This document shows positions 29,191-41,847 of a DNA stretch of 49,167 nt, piece by piece. Every line of letters begins with the position of its first letter. The first letter of the stretch is position 1. The translations under genes were made by a program, and so were the position numbers. This DNA is from Macrostomum lignano (taxonomy: Eukaryota), in contig NIVC01004349.1 in assembly GCA_002269645.1 (NCBI GenBank), forward strand, positions 1-49,167. The letters run 5' to 3'. The notes under the pieces are model-generated. The model had not been told where the DNA came from. It did no database searches and saw only the letters and a program-made list of their open reading frames with translations.

Positions 29191-30720
29191 TGGTCGGGCA
29201 TAAACGATCAAGACATGTCCGCTCGTTACGGCCCATCTTAACCCAAACGACTTTCGGTGCGGTGGGCATTGCAACATAGTGTCTTCCATTTTTATTACTT
29301 CGTTAGGCTCTATGGGCCCAAAGGCCAGTACTTCCTGCTAGGTAGGCGTTGCTGGAAAACAAGAAATGAACGATATCGTCCAAGTTGACACTTCTTTCTT
29401 TTCGTCTTCGCAACCGTTACTAGTCTCCTTGGGCTGCGAGTCCGAGATTTCTGGGCTCTTAGAGCGCTTGTATTTTTGCAAAACAAGGCCATTTTAATGG
29501 GTTGCCGAGGTCACTTCTTTGCAATTTGACCCTTTGATAGTTAAATACATTAACACCTTTTCCCTTTCAGTTTTTAACTACCTGCAACCAATTTTAATCT
29601 TCTAATATCCGATTCTGACACCTTTTGGTTGCGAAAACTTTGATTTTCAACCAGTTTCGACAAACTGCGAAACAGAACTGATAGTTGGCACACATTTCCA
29701 ACAAACAGGTGATCAGTTCTAACAATTGCCAACCAATTCCGTCAAGTAGGGTAGAAAGAGCCTCCGCAAAATCGTTTTTCTGGTTGAAAATTCCATTCCA
29801 CAAATTCAATTCTGACATTTTCAAAAACTTCGCTAAACTCTACTGGCTGGTCTCTTTTATGTTTTTTGTTTGAAATATGAGGTAGAATTTAGAGCTGCTG
29901 CGCAGACTCGCGCCTTTGTATTTACAGTCAGCAACATCGAAAAGTCGCTATCACAGAGTATTCCGTCTGTGGTCACCACCTTTGAGAGTGCAGATAAAGT
30001 CTCTCAATGTTTGCGAGTGACGCAACTTACCTACGCCGCGGCAGACTTGAGTTGAGGAATGAAGTGGGGGGAGCGGTGTGCGAGGGTTGGACGGATTAAA
30101 GCTGCCCCGATCAGTTTTCTTGTATCTTTTTTTCAGAATAGTCCAAGAGAAATTGCTCCCTGCGCATGGAGCGGCGACTTTTCAATGTTGCTATGCTGAG
30201 TATATGGCTAAAAATAGAAATAACAATTATTAATTCGCCTAAGATTCGCACCTTACAGAACCTCCATTGTCTGTTACCAAACTCTTGAATAGATCGGTGT
30301 TGAAAGTGTATATCGGCATGTGGCTATTTTCGTCAACGCGCTATGTTGTTAATGCGCTGCACATCTTTCCACTTTGAAAACGAGTCCGCCATCACAGGGA
30401 ACTCAAGATTTTTAAATACTGCGATATCCACATAAAAAAATCTCTCGAAGTATCTCTTATACTCAGACTAAAATGAGGGACAAGCATTTGTGCGCTTTCT
30501 AGCATGAAGCTGGCACTGAACACAGCGCTGTACAAAAGCGTTGATCTGCGTATCAATTTCTGGCCACCAGAAGTACTTTCTTGCTAACCCAAGCAACTAC
30601 TGGATAATCTTCATGAAACATCTTCAGAATCTCGGTCCTTAAACTGGAAGCTGATACCATGCGAAAACCTTAAAAATGATTCCATTCTGATTGGAGTACT
30701 CAGTCTTTCTATGTTAATAC

Positions 30721-32826
30721 TGTTCTGTCTAAAGACGGAGCCGGAGACTTTTGGTGATCCCTTTGTAAAGATGTGTGGTTATTTTTTGAGGCAGTAGAGC
30801 GCTCTTTTCGTTTGAGCTTTTCTTGCCCTCTGCTCGAGCTACATAAAAAATAAAGAGCTCGTGACGTTGAGTCACTGTGGGATGGCTCTACATTTATCTA
30901 TGACCCATCCACAGCACCTTCCCCTTACAATGGGAGAAAGGGGCTTAAACAAGCGCAGCAGATTCAGTCAGGTATTCAGCATTTATAGTTAATATGTGGC
31001 TTCTGCGCCAGTCGCTGACTGCGTCTTGGCTCCTCGGGCTGCTCAGGGGCGGGCTGTTGGACGTTGAGTGTTCCTTTCTCGTCCGAGCTATCTTCCGGTC
31101 CGAGCCCCTCGGATGTCGACTGCTCTGCCGTTGCATCAGGTTTCGTTTCACTTGTTGCACTCAATTTCGTTTCTGCATACGGTTGAAGCTGGTCAAAATG
31201 CACCCTCTTGTACTTTGGCTCCTGTTCATCTATCCTGATCAATGCCATACCTACTTGCCACACCTACTTGCCACACCTACTTGCCTCTTCGTAAATGGCA
31301 CTCGGATTTTTCGTCCGAACATTTGCTCCGCTAATGACACACAATTCTTCCTTGTTGAAGCTCTGTAGAACAACAAAAACCGATCAATCGTCTGGTGGCT
31401 GAACCCATTGGCTCTAACGGCTTCCTTCACTGTCCTTACGAGTCTCTCAGCAGCTCCATTGCTTTGTGGATGGTATGGTGCAGTCGTCAAATGCTCACAA
31501 TCGATGCCATGCAGCCATTCCTCGAGCTTCCTGCTCGTAAAGCTTGGACTGTTGTCAGAAACAATGTGCGCGGAATTCCGAACTGTGAAAAAGTTCATCG
31601 AAAGCACTAAATCACCGCGTTTTCGAAGTAATGTCCTTGGTGATGTGAATCTCTGGATAGCTTGTGAATGAGTCTACCATCACTAGGATGTAACGATTCT
31701 CAATTGGTCCAGCGAAATCCACATGGACTCGATCCCAAGGACCATCTGCTTCTGGCCATGAAGTACGAAAGTTTCTATTCTGTGGCTTGGCTCAGCGATA
31801 CGTTTTACACAGACCAATCGCTCTCTCGAGATCTCTATCTATCGCAGGCCACCAGGACTCCGTCCTGGCCAATGCCTTTGATCTAGCAATTCCTAAATGT
31901 GCCTCATGAACTGATTTGATCACTCTATCCCGTAGCAGCTTCGGAACGACGATTCTGTTATCCATGAGGACCAGATTATCTTGAACTCTTAGTTCATCCC
32001 GGACAGGTTTGTACGATCTCAGTTTCGGATCTTGAAAATCTCCTGTCGTTATAGCTTTATTAATATCTGCATCTCCCGACAAACCTTCCCCGAGGAAGCT
32101 CCTTATCAGCTACTAGAATGTAGATCAACGGTTTATGATCTGTGATCAAGCTGAACTTCCTGCCACAGAGAAATCGGTGACATCTGCGCACGCCCCATAC
32201 TATGGCAAGGGCCTCGCGCTCTATTTGAGAGTAGTTTTTCTCGGCTTTTGAAAGAGCTTTGCTTATATAGATAACTGGGCGTCCTTCTTGGCTCAGTACT
32301 CCTCCCAAAGCCTTCTGCGATGCGTCAACCTCCAGCTTCACAGGCAACTTCGGATCATAGGCGTACAGCTCTGCGACCTTTGAAATTGACGACTTTATGT
32401 TGTTAAAAGCTTTCATTTGCTGTTGGCCCCAGTGGAACGGTATATCTTTTTGCTTTAGTTGAACCAGCGCGGCTGTCTTATCCGACAAATTAGGGATGAA
32501 ACGAGCACAGAACGTTACTAATCCCAGAAACGACTTTAACTCTGCCAGATTCTTCGGTGGCTCCATCGCCTTTATCGCACCGACCTTCTCTTCATTCGGG
32601 AAGATTAGACCATTATCCAGAACGTGGCCTACAAACCATACTCTACTGCGGTTCCGTTGGCACTTCTGCTTATTTATTCGGAGTCCTTCCTCTTCCGGAC
32701 GCTGTCACACCTGTTGCTCTCTATACTGCAGCTCATCCTTACCTTCAATCAAGACGTCATCGATAGATACAGATATGTCCTGAATTAAAATATAGCTCTA
32801 TATTTGTCTATGACCCATCCACAGCT
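30721..32826 (-). mobile_element. Internally deleted Gypsy element (3' LTR 30721-30916, PPT 30917-30926, RT C-terminus, RNase H, integrase)
   Basis: IDDVLI; PPKNLAELKSFLGL; VDASQKALGGVLSQ; NYSQIEREALA; ITDHKPL; HEAHLG (H2C2); PYHPQSNGAAERLV. The first ~31 bp of the LTR recur at 32795-32826. AATAC flanks both ends. Confidence 0.88.
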
Positions 32827-33439
32827 AATACGACAGCATTCTAGGCGGTAAATCTTGAGTAACAACTATGAAGAAAATTCTCCAAATCAGAGGTCACTTC
32901 TCCGTTTATTCATACAGACTCGAGATTTCGCATGAGTCAGAGCGACTGCTCATTAGATTCGTACCGCCTCTTGCTTATTTGCTTGCAAAATGTCGTTTAG
33001 AACGCGTCATTTTCGGAACTTGAATGCAAAGTGAACCAAGCTCTACCATGAACTGTCTGAATTGAACGGAACTATTTCAACTTTGACTGCACATTTGACA
33101 GAATAAAATTTAAAAAAGTATAGTCGTTCAGATCGGCAATCCTGGTAATGTTCAATAGAAATTTTTTCCAGGTCTACATGCACCACGCCCCTACCAGGCA
33201 GGGCAAACATCCTGCTTAAAGCCACGACTCTTGAAATAGGACGAAAAACCTTCGGTCCTTTCACGCAGTTTGAAGCTTGAGCTGGCGGATAAAGGAGCAC
33301 ATCAACGTGATAGTCAGAAATGACCCCTTTTTTGCCGCAGTCGAGTGCGCAACAGCTATAGAACATCATCTGATTGTACATGTACACCCTTCGTCTGCAG
33401 CAAAAAGTGCTGTCCATCACCTTTTGATTTACAGTGCCT

Positions 33440-33900
33440 CGTAGTAGTATAATTTTCCACATCTCCTGCAGGTATTTACCATTTACGGGACACTCAGCTT
33501 TATTTTTGTCTGTTACGCCACATTTCAAGCAGCTGGTATTTGAAAGGGGAATTTTCTTGAATGCCAAACTGTCTGCCTGTCGAATGGGTCTTAAAGGAGT
33601 CTTGGTGTTGAACTTCTTTCCTACCTTCATGATGCTCTCAATTCGTGGGCATGGCTGCATAAGTCCTTACCAGTCATTTTTTGCCTTATCGTTCAAACCG
33701 CTTAAAAAGTGGTCTAGAAGAAACTCTTCACAATCTGAAAACATGATTTTATCTGATGCTCTTAGTAGCCGCTATGACGCCCTGACTTCGATGTCTTGCG
33801 CCTCAGATTTAAGAATGCGAAGCTTTCAGCCAGCGCGTAGATCTGAGGGATTAGAATTTATTGAAATGCCGTCGCACGTCCGTGAGCTTGGAACGTCCTG
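33440..33900 (-). pseudogene. Degenerate Gypsy gag fragment with zinc knuckle
   Basis: FSDCEEFLLDHFLSGLND and CLKCGVTDKNKAECP resemble the capsid and CCHC regions. Stops and frameshifts present. Confidence 0.5.
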
Positions 33901-33999
33901 AGACAGGTAGTCAGCTAAAGACATCGTAAAGCAATGGTGCCAAGCACATTAACAAAACCTGAGCCACTTAGCTCACTTAGCTCAAAGCTGTGGTAGGTA

Positions 34000-34740
34000 T
34001 CCTTGAGGTCCAACAACGTGAAGCGATTGCATCCAGCCGTTTCACTTTCTCAACAATGTCGCTCTTTTCAAGCTCTTTTCAAGCTAGCCTCTTCTTGGCT
34101 TGTACAAGCGAAAACGGGAGCGGTCAAACTGTCGAAACCACGATACGTGTGTTTTCTCTCCCTCCCAGTCTCACTGAAATTCAGTTGTACTCCACAACAG
34201 TTTGACAGCGTGTCGAATCTTCAATTCCCAAGCTGGTAAACAAATTCCGCCCGATCACCGGCTTTGCATCCAGATTCATCACTACCACAGGTGTGAACAT
34301 TCGCAGTGCCACACACAGATAGATCTTGACCTCCGTATGAAGTCAGCCGACATTCTGGCTCTGTTGTCTAGTGCAGTCCCAGCTGTTGAGTCACAGACTT
34401 AGATACGCAGGTTACGGATGCTCCCGAGTCCACCATCATTAACACCCTGCTGTTTTGCCCCTGGTCGCGTTGATGTTCTTTACTTCGCCACCTGAAGACA
34501 GGGTGCTCTTGCTCACTTTCTTCTGTACAGCAGCGATTTACGATCTACGATCAGCGATCGTACACCTCTAGCTTTAGCGGCAATGGATCCTTAATGAGCA
34601 GTTCCTTGATCACCGACTCGCTCCGTAGTCCAGCCACGAATCGGTCGCTTAGGGCTTTATTCAGAAAGTTCCCGAACTGAAATCTGTAGTCCTGCGCTCG
34701 CAGCCGATTTTCAATATCCGCTGCTGACTCGTTATCCTAG
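34000..34740 (-). pseudogene. Gypsy gag / protease / RT-start remnant
   Basis: NESAADIENRLR...LSDRFVAGLRSE (gag); MVDSGASVTCV and PVIGRN (aspartic protease); RPLPFSL (RT start). Confidence 0.75.
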
Positions 34741-34809
34741 GAAAATGAATTCAAAACCGAACATTAGCATATTTTCTTCTTTCTCTTCTTTTTTTTACCA
34801 AATTCCAGT

Positions 34810-34869
34810 TGTATTGATGTTTTCGCGACATGTTTTGCCGAACCGTCTGCATCCTCAGGCGATAATACA
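34810..34869 (-). ncRNA. Type I hammerhead ribozyme remnant (Penelope-like minimal form), probably inactive
   Basis: Minus strand: UGUAUU-A-UCGC CUGAGGA U GCAGA-CGGU-UCGGC [A]AAA CAUG UC / GCGA ...AAUACA. Stem I is complementary, stem III is the palindrome ACAUGU, G12 is changed to A, and stem II has one mismatch. Confidence 0.75.
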
Positions 34870-35399
34870 GAATGAAGCTAACATGACACAATAAATCAGG
34901 TGTAGGCAGCAAAATTTGATGGCAAGTTTAAGAGGCAAGCAAGCTCGTAGGTCAGAACACCCTTAAATGGTGTTCTTTGACTCTGCTTTGACGTTAAATC
35001 GTCGTTAACGAACATTCCCATTAAGTTGCTATTAACCTAGTCTATCAGATAGATACGTCTATTGTGAGGGCCCGCAGACAGCGACTCCACTGTTATGTTT
35101 TCTTTCGCTCAACCGCGTTAGTCTCTCTGAAAAAAAGAGAATAGTATATTTGCTTTGGCTCGCAAGCCATCTTCAGCATTTAAAGTTCAGGGTCTCAACC
35201 CTATAAAATATAAAATGCAATGGTTGCAGTCCCTTTCGCGTCACAACAGATATTGAAGACGTTCCCTCAGTTGCAGCGTCACCCAACTCTTTTGCCACGT
35301 TGTGCAGCACACAGCAGACAATTATTTAGGTGGGAACTCGCTCCAGCTTCACCCTGATGATTTACTTTAGGATCGAGTAGCGTCGCTTCAGCTGACCGA

Positions 35400-35960
35400 A
35401 CGCATTTTCAATCACGACTCTTCACTCGAATGAAGTGAGCCTGTTTCGGAGAGTCTGGATTTTTGAATGGCTTCATGATGAAGGGAGCGATGCCGTAGTC
35501 CTTGTCACCAAGAAGTAGAGTTCCCTGGCTATTGGTCAGATCAACGTAGATGCTGGAGTTCTTGAAAATTCTGTAATCGTGCACAGAGCTGGTCATGAAT
35601 CTGTGCCTTTTATCACAGGTGGCCTGAACGTTGATTGACGCGAATTTGTGGCGTTTAACGTACTAGATCGTAAGAATAATTAGTGCCTATGATGGCCAAT
35701 GGTTACTCGAATTTTCCTTACCACCTCAGCTTGACCTACAGCGCTTGCTTGGACCTGATTATGGCCACTTGATCCACAAATGCGACTGGAAACAGATGCT
35801 CGGCACAACCTACCACAAAGTTTTGGAAACGGACAGCTGATGGATTTTAAACTAGCTGGCAATCCCTGTTTGAAATCCTGGATTGGCGAGGTAGCTCAGG
35901 GTCACCTCCATTCGCTGTACGAGTCGCAGTGCACTTCCACGGGTCAAGGAAGTACGACGC
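35400..35960 (-). pseudogene. Second PIF/Harbinger transposase remnant
   Basis: MEVTLSYLANPGFQTGIA, HKFASINVQATCD, VHDYRIF, LLGDKDYG, FIMKPF, with many stops. Confidence 0.85.
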
Positions 35961-36479
35961 CAAGAGCTGCATATTTGGCTGCGAAAATCAGAACAGTCGC
36001 CGGATACTACCAATCTCGGTACACATCAGTTGAATGCCGCTTTAGTTACAGCTTCCCCCACGAAGGTGCAATCTCTGGCATGAACTCTGTCATCATTTTC
36101 AATTTTTTTCGCCAGTTAAAGCAGCCTTTTCGTTCATGCTGAATTGAGCAACTGCTATTCAGCTGAGTTCAGTTTTCAGGGTCTGAGAAAATTCTCATAA
36201 GCTGTAACTCGTGAGCATTTGCTTAGAAGTAAAAGGACTTTGTCAAATTTAGAAGACGGTTCTGTCAAAACTGAACGCCAATTGCCGTCAATATTGAAAT
36301 ACAGCCTGTCAAAAGTGAATGGGTATCTGATTCTGTTGTTGGGCCAAGATGCGAGTGCCTGAAAGACACCGAGTGATAGTTGACAGCAAGGTCGCCGTAG
36401 TTCGATCCTCAACAGGCACTATCAAACATTTCAGGGTGTCACTCAACCGTTGGCCACACAAAGCTAGGACCTAGGTGCA

Positions 36480-37600
36480 GATGGTGTGTCTTCCTGGCCT
36501 GGGCTATGGTCGGCCATGTTTGTTCTTATCGACTCAATCTGCTCGATCCGTGAATGCTGCACAGATAATGGTGAATCTCGATCCATGCTTCTTTTTATGT
36601 GGGATCACCAGACGATAAAGAGCATCAGATGCCATATTCTTGCTCGTCGGTACTCGAAACTCGAAATCTCGAAATCATATGCGGTCAGGAAAATGGCCAT
36701 CCTCTGAAGTTCAGTCGAAGCTCGCGCTGGAAGAACTCCCGGCTAGTAAGATGAGTGGCCTGTGATCTGTGATCAGTTTAAACTTTCTTCAGCATAGAAA
36801 CCTGTGGCATCTGCGAATTTCGATACCAAGAGCCTCCCACTTGATATGTGAGTAATTTGTCTCCGCCCAAGATAGGACCTTGCTTATGAACAGAACAGGT
36901 TAACCATCCTGACTTAGAACACCTCCAAGAGCCTCTGTGAAGTGTCTGTTTGTATATAAAATATTTGGGCTGTGACTGGAGCCGAGTGTGCCCGAGAGTA
37001 TTCTCCTACGAGCACATTATTAATTATGCAAATGAAAACTGAACCTGGTCGACTCACTTGCCGAGCTGCAGGCTTTGAAATAGAAAGCGATACAGCGTTA
37101 AACATAAGCAAATTTGTTCCTACCAACAGTATCAACTTCCAGTTCAATGGGCAGCTTGGGGCCGTATTATCGCAGCATCGTATTCTTGAAAACTGTATCT
37201 TCTTGAATGGTTCCCACCTGAACGATACATCTTTCTGTTCTAGCTCGAGCCAGGACTCCAGCTCCGCCAAATTCTTAGGTTGTGGCATGCTTTTGATGGC
37301 CTGGACCTTGTCCTCGTTGGGGTAAATTTTTCCGTCATCCAACATGAACCATAGGAAGTTTACTCCCGTTTTGTTGTTCCGCTGATACTTCTGAAAATCG
37401 ACCTTCAGATTTTCCTTTTCCAGCCTCTAAAGGACATTTTTCTCACCTATACTACTGAGCCTTGTACATCTCGAATGACCTGCCATATGTATCTTTGAAA
37501 AACTCGATTCGGGGCGGTCTTAATTCCGAAAATGATTCGATTGTATAGCTGAGAAACTATAGCTAGCTTAGAAAACGTGCAGCGCCTGCTGTCTATGCTT
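36480..37600 (-). pseudogene. Degenerate Gypsy pol (RT/RNase H) fragment, related to 30721-32826
   Basis: YNRIIFGIKTAPNRVFQRY; PNEDKVQAIKSMPQPKNLAEL; LFISKVLSWAETNYS; ITDHRPL; LQRMAIFLTAYDFEI. Confidence 0.85.
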
Positions 37601-39686
37601 TGACTCTGCCGAACTAACAGCGAACCTGCGGCCTCAATGAGCAGTGAAACAAAAACCATACAGTGGCCTTTCCGATAAAAGCCGGTTAGCTTCGAGGAGA
37701 TGCGAACACAAACTGGTCTCACTCCTGAGTTTAAACACGCTCTTAGGCCTGCATGTAGATACCAAATTCTTGGACTCATGCCTTCTAGGTGGTACGAGGT
37801 ATTACCAGTTCCCTGCAAAGGCAGCTCGCAACGACTAAGACGGAGAGTAGTTCGCTTAACAACAGTAGAAGAATGAAAACCACCAAGCGCTTTGTTGTGT
37901 TACTTGCTGTAACACAATGAACGAACACAATGTTCTTATTGTTGTGTTAGATATTATGTGCCGTGAGCAACTAGCTCCGGTCTTGGTCCGTTGCGATTGC
38001 CTTTGCCGTTGCGAGCCGCCAAGCCTAGAGAATTGGGACGCGTGACCTGAACCTCGCGAATACTCTATGGTATACACATACAAATCACATACAAATATGT
38101 GTTACATTAATACACATGGTTATACGATTCCCACATGGTTACATTACGCACAAGGTTAGATTTTATGTTTTGGCAGTCTAGACCAAAGGGTGCTTTTCGT
38201 GCTGACTGCACTTTCTGTATTCTATATTCTTTATTTTTCTTCTTCGGCAGCTCTGCAACTTCTTAAATGATTTTATCTACCCGGGAACAGGTGTTAATGA
38301 AAATCCAATTAGCTTTGATTTTGCTTTTCAAGATCGCGCGTTTCAACCAATTACCAATCACACAACAAATGGCAGAGAGATTCACAACTTACTAATTGGA
38401 ATGCTTTTTTGCACATGTAATTAAGTCTTTTTGGCGAAATATATAAAAATCCTCACGGATAAGATCGAGTTTTGGTTCAGATTAAAACTGGATCATTGAA
38501 TTTTAACCCATACGTTTTTTCTAACAAGTGTGCACTATTCGAAATTAGTTAATTAAAAAAGACGAACGAAAAAGTACTGAATGGTATATTTGAATTCTAA
38601 GTGTTAAACAACACGCTATCCAATAAAACTTTTTATATCTAACGTTAAAAATGTGTTTGATCGTTATGTCAACAAAAACCGGGTGCACAACACTAAATAT
38701 ACTTACTTAGTAGTGTTATCGAGAGTTGCCAGATAAAATAGCTGAATTATTTTTCATGAAACTTAGTGAAACCGAAAAAAATTGAATTGCAATAAATAAT
38801 AAAATATGAGAATAATATTATAGCTAAACAACACTAGCTATCTGGTAAAATATTAAATTTTTAATGTATAGCTTTGTTATAAAATTAATATGATCAGTAA
38901 AATAACATTCATACGCTTGATTTACAATATATATGAAATTAAATTACCGTAGGGCTTGAAAGGGCTGCTAGTAGCTAATATCGCGAATGCATCTAAATTT
39001 TTCAAAAATTAAGCTAGCTTCTGTCTCTAGTCTCTATGTAACATTAAAAGTTTAACAACATACAAGCAAATAACCATATATACGAGGATGCATACTTTTG
39101 TGATAACTGTGTTCTTTTATAACGTAAAATTTTAATCATGACTTTGAAAGCATCAAGTATCAAAGCTTTATAGAGGAGATTTAGTGAATAACTTGTTCGA
39201 TGATAAGACTTAAGCAACTGAGATATATTCAACATATGGTAAATACGTGTGCGTGTGCATTTGCTAAAGTGCAGTTACTTATCGATCAATCGGCGTAGTA
39301 AAACAATGCAAAGTCAGCATTGCAAAATATGACGGCAAAATTGCAATCTCTAATCGAGTGTCGAATCCTATATAAATTTAGCGACAAATCATAGACTGCA
39401 TTGAAGTAAAAACTTTCCAAGGATGAAAACTAAAAGCACCGACCACAGATGACTAATAATCAATAAAACTTAAACCATGAAACTTCAGAAACAACAAGAT
39501 TAATAACAAAACTGTCTTTTACGTGACCCAACCCAACAAAAACATTTCACATATCAAGTTTTCAATCATTTTCGCTCTCTTTTTTTACCTATTCTCATAT
39601 AAAACTTCTCCCACTGCTTTGCTTTGCTCCATATTGCATCTTCAGCGACTTCTTGATCCATGCTCACTGCTCAGTCGCCGTTGTTT

Positions 39687-41033
39687 TCACACCTGCCCCG
39701 TTCCGACCACCGGTTTCGTCGCATTCATGCGAGCCGAGGTGGCTTCCACCTCCATCCTGCTACTCAGATTGGTGGTCCCAACGCTGGCCTCCGGACTGCA
39801 CCGGCTGCCGAAGATCAGGCGCAGCAGCCGCATGCAGACTGCGCGATAGCCAACGCGGAATTCCTTGTTGCTGAGTCCGTAGACGATGAAGTTGACGCTT
39901 GAGTTTGTGTGGGCAAATAAGATCGCATAAGCGTGCATGTGGATCGGAAAGCTGTCGTCCCAGTCGAGGCAGACAAAAGTCGCGTACGGAGCCCAGCAGA
40001 AGGCGAACACGGCGAACACAATGAACAGAGTGCGGGCCAGGCGGATCGAGGCCGCGCTGCCTCCGGGTCGGACGCTGTTCGGAGATCCTCTCTGCGCATC
40101 TCTGGCATTTCCCAGCTGCAGATGGCGCACCCGAGCCATCGCCTGCCTGACGTGCACGAAGATGCGAAAGTAGCAGATGAGGATCACAATGCTGGGCGCA
40201 ACTACAGCGCAGCAGGAGAAGAAGATCGTGTAGGACCTGTCAGCCATGCGGTTCCACACGCAGGCAAAGTTCTTCCTGTCGTAGGCGAAGTCGCCCCAGC
40301 CCACAAAGTTGGGAAACTGCAGCAGCCAGCTCACAATCCACAGGCCGACGCAGAGCGCTACGCAGCTGCGCCGGTTGAAGAATCTGTTGTAGCTGGCGTT
40401 GTTGCAGATGAAGATGCAGCGGTTGACGGCTACAGAAGCGATGCTGAGCAGCGAACAGTAGCAGGCGGTGAGGCAGTCGAGGCCACGAACTCGCACAGGG
40501 CGGGTCGCTGCTCGAAGTAGATTTCGCCGTGCATTACACCTGGAATTCCGTTTTTTGAATATTATATATGATTCGCCTCGAGGCTTCTGAAGGCAGGCAG
40601 CGCAGTGACTTACCAGTGATTCCAAGCGGGTCCACGATTGTCGTGACGCACAGATCGGCGAGGGCCAAATTCACGACGAACAAGTTGCCTGCATGGCGCA
40701 GGGTCTGCAACATTGTGACGGTTCCGATGTGCAACTGCCTGTGTCAGCAATTTTTTATAACAAAAATACAAAAAATACTGGAAATTTTCCAACCCTTTGC
40801 AGAAAGACAGCGCCAATAACCATGACGTTCCCCAGTGTTCCAACCACGGAGCCAAACGACAGAAGAAACAAGCCGGGATAGGTCACCTCTGGAGTTGACG
40901 TTTCGCTTTGATTGAATAGTTTTCAAGATAATTTTTCCTGGTATTCTGTTCTTAACCTCAACTTACCCGGTAAAATGTGCAGTAAACTCTGCATTGTGTA
41001 ATTGAACGCTGGCGCAAGTCCTGCAATATCCAT
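39687..41033 (-). CDS. Rhodopsin-class GPCR, melatonin-receptor-like, 4 exons, ~368 aa (one 1-nt frameshift at ~40477)
   Basis: Exons 41033-40967, 40888-40794, 40704-40614, 40539-39687 with GT-AG and matching phases. NYT sequon, TM1 GTLGN, LRHAGNLFVVNLALADL, VNRCIFIC, CWAP, AHTNSSVNFIVYG. Confidence 0.88.
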
Positions 41034-41619
41034 TTTACTTTTTGACCGAATATTCTAATCCAGTAAATGAAGATCAGCAACTCCAACGGTTTGTGTTCTC
41101 TCCGGCTAAAATATTCTGCTGGGGAGTATCTTCGTGATTCTTACTGGCTCCCAGACTCAGTGCCAGTCGATTCGCCCTGAGCGAATGGAGCCGATGTTTT
41201 CAGTGTCAAAATGAAATGTGATTAAAGAAGATGTGAAATTAAGAGTCAAAATGGGAGCCTTAAGTTCACATTAAGTCCCCATTTCTCATATTTCTCCCCA
41301 TAGAGATCCCCAAATGCTGAAGTGGTCGAGTTTTCGACATAATGCGAGCTATTTGGCTTCAAATGAAGGGATTGGCGTAGAGAAATCGGGACCTGATGCT
41401 TCAGTCTCCATTCTGGAGCCTTAAGTTCACATGAAATCCCCATTTATCCCATTTCTCCCCATAGACTTCGGTTATTCGAATTTTGGTTCTCTGGAGACTT
41501 TTATTCTGTTTTTTCATAACCGAGCACCTGATCTTCTTAGGTAAACTGACCTCAGTGAGATGTGCATGGTCATTACTGGTTAAGGCTTCTTCCAGAGGCA
41601 TATTTCACTACAAAGTCCT

Positions 41620-41847
41620 TATCTTCCCCTTTTGTGGCTTTTAGAGGAGGTAACTGCGGCACACCTCGTCACCTTCTGCTCGCACTTCAACGAAGCACGG
41701 AGACGTCACGTTAGTACACTTCACTGTGCTTTGGGGGTTGGCCCCCTGGGGCGTTAATTGCACGAGCAGAGCCAAGCCAAGATTCCTTGGAATCGAGCCT
41801 GGGCCGCTGGCAAATCAGAGCGCCGCTTGACCACGAGGCGACGGCCC
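41620..41847 (-). mobile_element. tRNA-derived SINE-like element
   Basis: Head GGGCCGTCGCCTCGTGGTCAAGCGGCG with an A-box-like motif and a B-box-like GGCTCGATTCC (41789-41799). No full cloverleaf. 3' end uncertain. Confidence 0.55.

Noticed and set aside
30651-30661. CA|TGGTATCAG as a Met-tRNA primer-binding site implying a shared tandem LTR
   Set aside because: Incomplete match (no TGGTATCAGAGC), and a TSD-supported LTR end at 30721 fits better.
39653-40520. Plus-strand and alternate-frame ORFs over the GPCR, GAA, FkbM and transposase genes
   Set aside because: Antisense or frame shadows of GC-rich coding sequence with no motifs of their own.
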